From assembly GCA_021797795.1 (NCBI GenBank), contig JAJZZB010000001.1, positions 10,775 through 74,774 of the forward strand: a stretch of 64,000 nt of DNA. The letters are read 5' to 3'. This document shows positions 54,695 through 64,000 of the stretch, piece after piece. The notes beneath the pieces were generated by a model. The model did no database searches. It was given only the letters and a program-made list of their open reading frames with translations, and was not told the origin of the DNA. The stretch's first letter is position 1. Every line of letters begins with the position of its first letter. A program made the translations under genes and the position numbers. Source of the DNA: Actinomycetes bacterium (GTDB lineage: Bacteria; Actinomycetota; Acidimicrobiia; Acidimicrobiales; Bog-793).

Positions 54695-56152
54695 TCAGCG
54701 AGGGTCGCGGCCGGCCTCGGCGTACCGGCAGAGTCGCTCCCGGTCGGCGTCGTTCAGGAGCTCCACGACGTCGAAGACGGCGCCCGACGGTCCCCTGAGG
54801 GCGTCGAGGGCGAGGCGCCCGGCGCTGTTGCGGGAGGGGACGTCGGTCGTGAGCAGGACGAGGGCGGCGTCGGGATCGCTCGCGTGGAGCACCGCCGCCC
54901 GGCCGAGGGCACGCCAGAGCAGCTCGGCGCGCCGCAGTCCCCCCCTCGTGGCGGTGAAGGCGCCGGAGAGGTCGAAGGCCCACCTGCCGCCGGTGCGGTC
55001 GCGGGCGGTGAAGTGCAGCTCGAGACCGGCTCCGGCCACCTTCACGTCCCGGCGCACGTCGAGGAAGCCGACCTCGCCGAGAAGGGTCTCGGCGAGCTCC
55101 CTTGCGAGGCGGCCTTCGATCAGGCCGCTGGCGAAGCCTTCCCGCCCGTCGTGGTCCGGGCGCCCGGCGGGCAGCCGGACCGCCGGCCGGGCGCCCCCCT
55201 CCCGGTCGAGCCGCCGTCGCTCGTCCGCCACCCGCTGGCGGGCCTGGTCGCAGTAGGTCGCGTCGGTGTCGAAGCCGACGAAGTGGCGGCCGCGGCCGAG
55301 GGCAGCGACGGCCGTCGTACCGGAGCCCATGAAGGGGTCGAGGACGATGTCGCCCTCGTAGGTGTAGAGGTCGATCAACCGGGCCGGCAGGCCGACCGGG
55401 AACGGCGCCGGGTGGTTCACCCGCCTGGCGCTCTCGGGCGGGAGCTCCCACAGGTCCGTGGTCGCCTCGAGGAACTCGTCCCGGCCGATGGTCGCCGTCG
55501 ACGGCAGGCCGCGCCGGCGGCGCTCCTCCGGCCTGAGCGCCCGGTCGAAGCGGCCCTTGCTCGCGATGACGATGCGCTCGGTCACGTCCCGCAGCACCGG
55601 GTTGCTCGGATGCTGGAAGGTCCCCCAGGCGCACGAGCCGCCGGCCGCCCTGCCCTTCCACCAGACCACCTCCCCCCGCAGCAGCAGGCCGAGCTCCTGC
55701 AGGATCGAGGTCACGTCGCCGGCGAGCGACCGGTACGGGCGCCGGCCGAGGTTGGCGACGTTGACGGCGATGCGGCCCCCCGGCTCGAGCACCCGCTTGC
55801 ACTCCGAGAGGACGTCGCGCAGCAGGGCGAGGTACTCGAAGTAGCTCCCCGGCACCCCGTTGTGCCCGAGGCTCTCCTCGTACTCCTTGCCGGCGAAGTA
55901 CGGCGGAGAGGTGACGACGAGGGCAACCGAGCTCGCCTCGAGGGCGCTCATCGAGCGGGCGTCCCCGTGGTAGATGACGTCGAAGGCGCTCGGGAGGGCA
56001 ACGTCGTCGTCGGGGCTCAGCTCGGGCGAGACGAAGCGGTCGTAGAAGGCCGAGGCGTCGTGGCTCTCGCGCCGGGACGACCCGAAGCGGGCCGTCGAGG
56101 TCGCCCGGCGGGCGCGGGGCCGGGACGGCTGCGAGGCGGTGTCGAGGCTCAC
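54695..56152 (-). CDS. site-specific DNA methyltransferase, beta-class (motif IV SPPY before motif I), with extra C-terminal domain
   Basis: VVTSPPYFAGKEYE (motif IV) precedes VLDPFMGSGTTAVAA (motif I). NHPAPFP is also present. About 150 aa beyond the MTase core are unassigned. Confidence 0.85.
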   Translation of the reverse strand: MSLDTASQPSRPRARRATSTARFGSSRRESHDASAFYDRFVSPELSPDDDVALPSAFDVIYHGDARSMSALEASSVALVVTSPPYFAGKEYEESLGHNGVPGSYFEYLALLRDVLSECKRVLEPGGRIAVNVANLGRRPYRSLAGDVTSILQELGLLLRGEVVWWKGRAAGGSCAWGTFQHPSNPVLRDVTERIVIASKGRFDRALRPEERRRRGLPSTATIGRDEFLEATTDLWELPPESARRVNHPAPFPVGLPARLIDLYTYEGDIVLDPFMGSGTTAVAALGRGRHFVGFDTDATYCDQARQRVADERRRLDREGGARPAVRLPAGRPDHDGREGFASGLIEGRLARELAETLLGEVGFLDVRRDVKVAGAGLELHFTARDRTGGRWAFDLSGAFTATRGGLRRAELLWRALGRAAVLHASDPDAALVLLTTDVPSRNSAGRLALDALRGPSGAVFDVVELLNDADRERLCRYAEAGRDPR

Positions 56153-56295
56153 GACGGGGAGTCCCCGGGCGGGAGCTTGGCGAGGAACTCCTCGACGGCA
56201 CGGGTGACGAGGAAGTTCACCGACACCTCGCGGGCCCGGGCAGCCGCGTGAAGCGCCTCACGCAGCGACACCGGAAGGCGGATGGCCGTCGCCAT
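56149..56295 (-). CDS. small ribbon-helix-helix (Arc/MetJ/CopG-like) protein
   Basis: MATAIRLPVSLREALHAAARAREVSVNFLVTRAVEEFL fits a beta-strand/helix/helix pattern. The stop overlaps the MTase GTG start (GTGA). An alternative ATG lies at 56328. Confidence 0.55.
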   Translation of the reverse strand: MATAIRLPVSLREALHAAARAREVSVNFLVTRAVEEFLAKLPPGDSPS

Positions 56296-56345
56296 CCTCG
56301 GCTCGTCTGAACACCTCGGTCTGCCCATGACGAGACCATAACGAC

Positions 56346-56396
56346 GGGCTGTCGCGAGGTGGTGGATTATGCGCGCGTTAACGCCCGCGACAGCCC
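56346..56396. promoter_or_regulatory. 11-bp inverted repeat GGGCTGTCGCG...CGCGACAGCCC enclosing the palindrome GCGTTAACGC (56375-56384)
   Basis: Read directly from the sequence. It lies in the divergent region between the RHH-MTase operon and the peptide ABC operon. Confidence 0.5.
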
Positions 56397-56563
56397 GGCT
56401 CGATGGGCGGGCAGGCAAGCACCACTGTCGAAATTCGCAGGTCAGACCGGCGACCGCCGAAAACATGGCATGGGCATAGGCAAACGGCGATCTGCCGACT
56501 ATCTTACGACCAGGCGTAGTCCAGATGACGACTGCGTGACAACCGACCCGAAAGGGGGCCCGT

Positions 56564-58468
56564 ATGCGGGCATGGATCAAGGGCGCACGCGCCGGGGCAG
56601 CGGTCGCCGCAGGCGCGCTGGTTCTCGCCGCGTGTGGGAGCGGGACCGGCAGCGGCGGCGGAGGGACCGGCGGCGGCAACACGAGCGCCTTCAACGCGCC
56701 GGGCGGCTACGGGAAGCTCCCGACGCAGTCCGGCACGCCGAAGAAGGGCGGCATCGTCACGATCGCCGAGTCGCCCGGTGCAGGCCCGAACTACATCTTC
56801 CCGATCACGCCGGCCGCCAACGAGTCGGTGTACACGATCGACCAGTTCCAGTACTACATGTGGCGCCCGCTCTGGTGGGCTCCGCAGGGCGCGACCCCGA
56901 CCATCAACTTCCCCCAGTCCATAGCGAGCGCGCCGGCCTTCTCGAACAACAACAAGACCATCACAATCCACATGAAGTCAGGCTGGAAGTGGTCCGACGG
57001 GGCGCCGGTGACCTCGAAGGACGTCGCCTTCGACCTGTGGCTCACCAAGGCCGCCGTCAAGATCAGCCCGGCGAACGACGGGAACTACACCCCCGGCCTC
57101 TACCCGGACTTCATCACGTCGATCCAGACACCGAACTCCACGACGGTCGTGCTCAAGGTCAACAAGACCTACAACCAGAACTTCATGTTCTACAACCAGC
57201 TGGGTCAGATCGTCCCGCTGCCGGCGCAGGCATGGTCGAAGACGAGCGCGAGCGGCGCGACCATCCCCTTCGCCAACCTGGCGAACGCGGAGAAGATCTA
57301 CAAGTTCCTGAACGCCCAGTCGGGCAAGCTGGCGACGTACGCCACGAACCCGCTCTGGCAGGTGGTGGACGGCCCGTTCAAGCTGAAGACCTTCGACCCG
57401 TCGACCGACGCCAACACCCTCGTGGCGAACCCCGCCTACGGCGGGCCGGTGAAGCCCAAGATCGCCGGGATCGACAACGTCGCCTTCACCTCGACGAGCG
57501 CCGAGTTCAACCAGCTCCTGAGCGGCAACCTCGACGTCGGCTTCGTCGACTTCAGCAACCTGCCACAGGTCAACACGCTGAAGGCGAAGGGCTACAACGT
57601 CTGGGGCTACCCGGACTTCGGGTTCTCCTACATCGGCTACAACTTCAAGGACCCGACGGGCGACTTCAACAACATCATCTCGCAGCTCTACATCCGTCAG
57701 GCGCTGGCGCACCTGCAGGACGAGCCGGCGGTGATCCAGTCCAAGGGTGTGTTCGACGGAGCTGCCGGCGCGGCGTACGGCCCGGTCCCGGCCGTCCCGA
57801 AGAGCCCGTTCGCCCCGGCGAACGCTCTGACGAACCCGTACCCGTTCAGCATCTCGGCAGCCAGCAACCTGCTGACGAGCCACGGCTGGAAGGTCGTCCC
57901 TGGCGGCACCACGACCTGCCAGAAGCCCGGGACGGCTTCGAACGAGTGCGGCGCCGGCATCCCGAAGGGGACGGCGCTCACCTGGAACCTCATCTACGGC
58001 AACTCGCCGGCCGTCATCGGTGCGCAGGATGAGATCTGGGCATCCAACGCCAAGAAGGTCGGGATCACGATCAACCTGAGCTCGAAGACCTTCAACTACA
58101 TCATCTCGAACCTGTCGGACGTCTCGAACCCGTCGAACGACAAGATCTGGGCGATGCAGGACTTCGGCGGATTCACCAACAGCCTGTACCCGACGACGAA
58201 CGAGCTGTTCAACACGAAGGGCTCGTTCAACTTCGGCGGCTTCTCGAACCCGCAGATCGACAAGGCGATCCAGAACTCGATCAGCTCGCTCGACAACACC
58301 GCGGTCCAAAAGGAGATCGGGCTCGTCACCGCACAGCAGCCGGGTCTGTTCCAGCCGAATGCCGACCTCGTGTTCGCCTTCAAGAACACCCTCTCCGGCC
58401 CACCGGCGAGCTTCGCCGACGCCTCCCAGTACCAGTTCTCACCGGAGTACTGGTACTTCAAGAAGTAA
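56564..58468 (+). CDS. ABC transporter substrate-binding lipoprotein, peptide/nickel (family 5) type
   Basis: Signal peptide plus lipobox (ALVLAACGSG) and a Gly-rich linker. The size and sequence are SBP_bac_5-like. An RBS AAAGGGGG lies upstream. Confidence 0.85.
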   Translation: MRAWIKGARAGAAVAAGALVLAACGSGTGSGGGGTGGGNTSAFNAPGGYGKLPTQSGTPKKGGIVTIAESPGAGPNYIFPITPAANESVYTIDQFQYYMWRPLWWAPQGATPTINFPQSIASAPAFSNNNKTITIHMKSGWKWSDGAPVTSKDVAFDLWLTKAAVKISPANDGNYTPGLYPDFITSIQTPNSTTVVLKVNKTYNQNFMFYNQLGQIVPLPAQAWSKTSASGATIPFANLANAEKIYKFLNAQSGKLATYATNPLWQVVDGPFKLKTFDPSTDANTLVANPAYGGPVKPKIAGIDNVAFTSTSAEFNQLLSGNLDVGFVDFSNLPQVNTLKAKGYNVWGYPDFGFSYIGYNFKDPTGDFNNIISQLYIRQALAHLQDEPAVIQSKGVFDGAAGAAYGPVPAVPKSPFAPANALTNPYPFSISAASNLLTSHGWKVVPGGTTTCQKPGTASNECGAGIPKGTALTWNLIYGNSPAVIGAQDEIWASNAKKVGITINLSSKTFNYIISNLSDVSNPSNDKIWAMQDFGGFTNSLYPTTNELFNTKGSFNFGGFSNPQIDKAIQNSISSLDNTAVQKEIGLVTAQQPGLFQPNADLVFAFKNTLSGPPASFADASQYQFSPEYWYFKK

Positions 58469-58568
58469 CGAAGTAATCCGCACGACTCGGGAAGGATGCG
58501 AAACCGGGCCCACCGGCCCGGCCTAGCATCCTTCCCGAGCGGGTTCTCAGGGGAGGTGCGCCAGGAGC

Positions 58569-59516
58569 GTGACTGCTTATCTCATCCGTCGCCTGGTCAC
58601 GTCGCTGATCGTCATCCTCGGCATCGCGCTCGTGACCTTTCTCATGACCCACATCATCGCCCCCTCTCCCGGGCGGGCGATCCTCGGTGACCGTGCCAGC
58701 CGGGCCGCCGTCAACGCCTTCGACAACGCCCACGGCTACGACCGCCCCGTCTGGGTCCAGTTCGGCAGCTACCTGTGGCAGCTCGTCCACGGGAACCTCG
58801 GCTACTCATACAAGCTCAACCAGACGGTCGACTCGCTCATCGCCGAGAACGCCCCCCACAGCATGTGGCTGAGCGGCATCTCGGTCTTTCTGAGCATCGT
58901 GATCGCCATCCCGCTCGGGATCTTCCAGGCGGTGAAGCGCAACTCGGTCGCCGACCAGGCCATCACGGCCGCCGCCTTCACCGCCTACTCGATGCCCCAG
59001 AACTTCCTCGGCATCCTCCTCATCGGCTTCCTCGCCATCCAGTGGCACCTCTTCCCGGCCGAGGCAAGCCAGAGCGAGCGGATCATCCCGTACATCTTCG
59101 CCTTCCATTCGAACTTCCTGCCGATCGCGACGCTCACCATCACGGCGGTCGCCGGCTACTCCCGCTACATGCGCTCGGCCGGCCTCGACGCCCTTGCCCA
59201 GGACTACATCCGCCTCGCGCGAGCGAAAGGCCTCACCGAGCCGACGGTCCTCCGGCGTCACCTGCTCCGCAACGCCATCCTGCCCATGGTCACCCTGATC
59301 GGGCTGTCGATCCCCCTGCTGCTCGCCGGCAACCTCGTCGTCGAGTACCTGTACAACTCCCACGGCCTCGGCCTTCTGTTCATCAACGAACTCGGCAACG
59401 AGGACTTCCCGACCGTCATCGCCCTGACGCTGCTCGGAGGCATCGCGACCGTCGTCGGCAACTTCGTCGCCGACGTCGCCCTGACCGTGGCGGACCCGCG
59501 GATCCGGATCAACTGA
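58569..59516 (+). CDS. ABC transporter permease (DppB/OppB-like)
   Basis: N-terminus YLIRRLVTSLIVILGIALVTF and the EAA-loop region YIRLARAKGL. Confidence 0.85.
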   Translation: MTAYLIRRLVTSLIVILGIALVTFLMTHIIAPSPGRAILGDRASRAAVNAFDNAHGYDRPVWVQFGSYLWQLVHGNLGYSYKLNQTVDSLIAENAPHSMWLSGISVFLSIVIAIPLGIFQAVKRNSVADQAITAAAFTAYSMPQNFLGILLIGFLAIQWHLFPAEASQSERIIPYIFAFHSNFLPIATLTITAVAGYSRYMRSAGLDALAQDYIRLARAKGLTEPTVLRRHLLRNAILPMVTLIGLSIPLLLAGNLVVEYLYNSHGLGLLFINELGNEDFPTVIALTLLGGIATVVGNFVADVALTVADPRIRIN

Positions 59517-59526
59517 GGAGGCCGCG

Positions 59527-60456
59527 ATGACCGTCAGCATCGGTGAGATCTACGAGGAGGTCCAGCCCTCCGACGTCGCCCCGGAGGGAGGTCAGATACA
59601 CGGGCCGAGGGCCGGCTGGAAGCTCGCGCTCTCCTCGTTCGTCGAGAACCGGCTCGCCGTCGCCGGCGCGGGGATCGTGGTGTTCTTCATCCTCTTCTCC
59701 TTCGTCGGGCCGCTCATCTACCACACCAACCAGAACTCGACGAACCCGATCAACGCCTTCCTCCCCCCGAGCGGTGCCCATCTGCTCGGCACGGACAGCA
59801 ACGGCTTCGACGAGCTCGGCCGCATGATGAAGGGTGGACAGGCAGCCCTCGAGATCGGCTTTTTCGCCTCGCTCATCGCGACGGTCATCGGCACCCTCGT
59901 CGGTGCCGTGGCAGGCCTGCTCGGGGGCGTCGTCGACGCCTTCCTGATGCGCATCGTCGACGTCATGCTGTCGATCCCGCTGCTGTTCGTCATCCTCATC
60001 GTCGGCGACCGCTACAACGGCGCCACGGTCTTCAGCCTCTCGATCATCATCGGCATCTTCTCCTGGCTCGTCTCGGCCCGCCTCGTGAGAGGGGAGGTCC
60101 TCTCGCTCCGGGTCCGGGACTTCGTGTTCGCCTCCCGCACGATGGGGGCCAGCCGCCGCCACCTCATCTACAAGCACCTCATCCCGAACGCGCTCGGCGT
60201 CGTGATCGTCAACATCACCTTCCAGGTCGCCGACACGATCAACCTCCTCGCCATCCTCGGCTTCCTCGGCTACGGCCTCAACTACCCCCAGGTGAGCTGG
60301 GGGGACATGCTCTCGAACGCCCTCAACTACCTCTCTGACGGGTACTGGTGGGTGGTCTACCCGGTCGGGGTGTGCCTCGTCCTCGTCGTGATGGCCTTCA
60401 ACTTCATCGGCGACGCGCTGCGCGACACTGTCGACGTCCGCCTGCGGCGGCGCTGA
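59527..60456 (+). CDS. ABC transporter permease (DppC/OppC-like)
   Basis: HLLGTDSNGFDELGRMMKG and the EAA-loop region FVFASRTMGAS. Confidence 0.85.
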   Translation: MTVSIGEIYEEVQPSDVAPEGGQIHGPRAGWKLALSSFVENRLAVAGAGIVVFFILFSFVGPLIYHTNQNSTNPINAFLPPSGAHLLGTDSNGFDELGRMMKGGQAALEIGFFASLIATVIGTLVGAVAGLLGGVVDAFLMRIVDVMLSIPLLFVILIVGDRYNGATVFSLSIIIGIFSWLVSARLVRGEVLSLRVRDFVFASRTMGASRRHLIYKHLIPNALGVVIVNITFQVADTINLLAILGFLGYGLNYPQVSWGDMLSNALNYLSDGYWWVVYPVGVCLVLVVMAFNFIGDALRDTVDVRLRRR

Positions 60457-60479
60457 GCCCGGAAGGATCCGAAGCGGGA

Positions 60480-62663
<2,184 letters not shown>

Positions 62664-62712
62664 GCTGCCGTCGCCGACCGGCCGCGGGCCGTCAGGAGAC
62701 GCGGGCCGCGCC

Positions 62713-63504
62713 GTGACGGGCGGGGCCGAGGGCGGCGACCGCACCGACTACTCGAGCTACCTGCTCATCGACGACCTGCTCCGCCTCCAGCGTCCGCTGA
62801 CAGAGGGGGCCGACGACGAGATGCTCTTCATCGTCGTCCACCAGGCCTACGAGCTGTGGTTCAAGCTGCTCCTGCACGAGCTCGGGCTCGCCCGCGACCA
62901 CCTGCTCCAGGGTGCGTGCTGGCTCGCCACCCCCCGCCTGCGACGCGCGGTCGCCATCGACGAGCTGCTCCTCGGGCAGCTGAAGGTGCTCGAGACCATG
63001 AGCCCGGAGGGCTTCCTCGCCTTCCGCGACCCGCTCGCACCGGCGTCAGGATTCCAGTCCGAGCAGTTCCGCGAGATCGAGCTGCTGAGCGGGGGTGGCC
63101 CCCCAACCATCGGTGGCCTGCACCCCGGCGGGGAGACGGCCGACCGGCTCGCACGCCAGCGGGGTGGGCCCACGCTCTGGGAGGCGACACTGCGGTCCCT
63201 CGCCGCCCACGACCTGCTGGCGAGGGAGCCCGGCCCCGCGGGACAGGCTCTCGTGCGACGGGCCGTCGGCGCGATCTACCGGTCGCACGACGATCCGGTG
63301 CGCGCCCACTTCCACGAGCTGTTCGAGCTGCTGGTCGACCACGACGAGGCGCTGGCGCGCTGGCGCCACCACCACATGATGATGGCGGCACGCGAGATCG
63401 GGCGGCGACCCGGCACCGGCGGCTCGCTCGGCGTCGCCTACCTCGAGCAGACGGTGGCGCAGCGCTTCTACCCCGTGCTGTGGGAGATCCGGTCCGAGCT
63501 GTGA
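62713..63504 (+). CDS. kynA: tryptophan 2,3-dioxygenase
   Basis: DYSSYLLIDDLLRLQRPL...DEMLFIVVHQAYELWFKLLLHEL and GTGGS near the C-terminus. The GTG 62713 start is tentative. Confidence 0.8.
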   Translation: MTGGAEGGDRTDYSSYLLIDDLLRLQRPLTEGADDEMLFIVVHQAYELWFKLLLHELGLARDHLLQGACWLATPRLRRAVAIDELLLGQLKVLETMSPEGFLAFRDPLAPASGFQSEQFREIELLSGGGPPTIGGLHPGGETADRLARQRGGPTLWEATLRSLAAHDLLAREPGPAGQALVRRAVGAIYRSHDDPVRAHFHELFELLVDHDEALARWRHHHMMMAAREIGRRPGTGGSLGVAYLEQTVAQRFYPVLWEIRSEL

Positions 63505-63574
63505 TGAGAAGGCGGCGACCGCGGCGCCTCCCGGGCGCCGCGATACTGGAGTCCAGTCGACGGGAGGTGACCAC

Positions 63575-63820
63575 ATGGACGACCACGACCTCGTGCGCCA
63601 GGTCGACGAGCTCGCCGGCGAGGAACGTGCCCTGCGCCTCAGGGCCGGGGCCGGCCACCCCCTCGGTCCCGAGGACCGCGAGCGCCTGGCGGAGATCCAG
63701 GTGAGGATCGATCAGCTGTGGGACCTCATCCGTCAGCGACGAGCCCGCGAGGAGATCGGCCTCGATCCCGACGAGGTGCACGAGCGCTCCCCCGACGTCG
63801 TCGAGGGCTACGAGCAGTAG
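63575..63820 (+). CDS. DUF2630-like small protein
   Basis: 81-aa charged helical protein (IDELAGEE...L...ERL..I...LDQLWDLIRQRRA pattern). Confidence 0.65.
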   Translation: MDDHDLVRQVDELAGEERALRLRAGAGHPLGPEDRERLAEIQVRIDQLWDLIRQRRAREEIGLDPDEVHERSPDVVEGYEQ

Positions 63821-63840
63821 CAGTCTGCGACAATGGAGGG

Positions 63841-64000
63841 GTGAGCGCGCTCCCTCCAGCCGGCTGGTACCCGGACCCTTCCGACGCCTCGTCGCTGCGG
63901 TGGTGGGACGGGAAGGGCTGGACACCGCACGTGCGCCAGGACGGGGGGGCGGGCCCGAGCGTCTTCGTGCCCACCGCCGGCCAGGTGGCCACCAAGGGCG
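63841..64000 (+). CDS. DUF2510-motif protein, N-terminal part; 3' end lies outside the window
   Basis: GTG 63841 follows GGAGGG. The translation is VSALPPAGWYPDPSDASSLRWWDGKGWTPH. The frame is open to the window end. Confidence 0.55.
   Translation, partial: MSALPPAGWYPDPSDASSLRWWDGKGWTPHVRQDGGAGPSVFVPTAGQVATKG

Noticed and set aside
54032-56251. 739-aa plus-strand ORF.
   Set aside because: It is antisense to the methyltransferase and the 333-aa gene, both of which carry clear motifs or coupling signals. The composition is shadow-ORF-like.

Overview
This is a high-GC actinobacterial chromosomal window, about 70-80% GC by hand count of individual lines. It is densely coded and mostly housekeeping. 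The synteny is typical of the group: thiolase, then recR-ybaB-dnaX with SRP RNA and tRNA-Ser(GGA), and later ask-asd. Other content includes clpP, an ABC-F ATPase, tadA, tldD/pmbA, pyrE, a MarP-like protease, two cyclophilins, a drrAB-like exporter, a dpp/opp-type peptide ABC operon and kynA. The many long Arg/Pro/Gly-rich ORFs in the six-frame track are antisense or off-frame shadows of real genes and were not called. No CRISPR array, rRNA, integrase or transposase was seen. Four loci look accessory or unusual. (1) A roughly 1.7-kb low-GC islet lies directly 3' of tRNA-Ser(CGA). It is bounded by a 12-nt duplication of the tRNA 3' end. It carries only a convergent, 3'-overlapping pair: a HEPN-like protein with a Cys/His N-terminal extension, and a wHTH-nucleotidyltransferase (MNT-like) protein. 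A GGGGTGTT(G/T)ACA motif is repeated at both edges. (2) A translationally coupled three-gene operon encodes a small RHH protein, a beta-class SPPY DNA methyltransferase with an extra C-terminal domain, and an unassignable 333-aa protein with a D...SxK motif. This is a candidate restriction-modification-like or defence module. (3) An XRE-HTH gene is coupled to a ClpP paralogue that has lost Ser, His and Asp of the catalytic triad. This pair is divergent from an intact clpP across an AT-rich palindromic intergenic region. (4) A sigma-70/ECF-like domain is fused through one transmembrane helix to a large extracytoplasmic domain. All functional calls rest on motifs I recognised in the translations. 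No database search was run.
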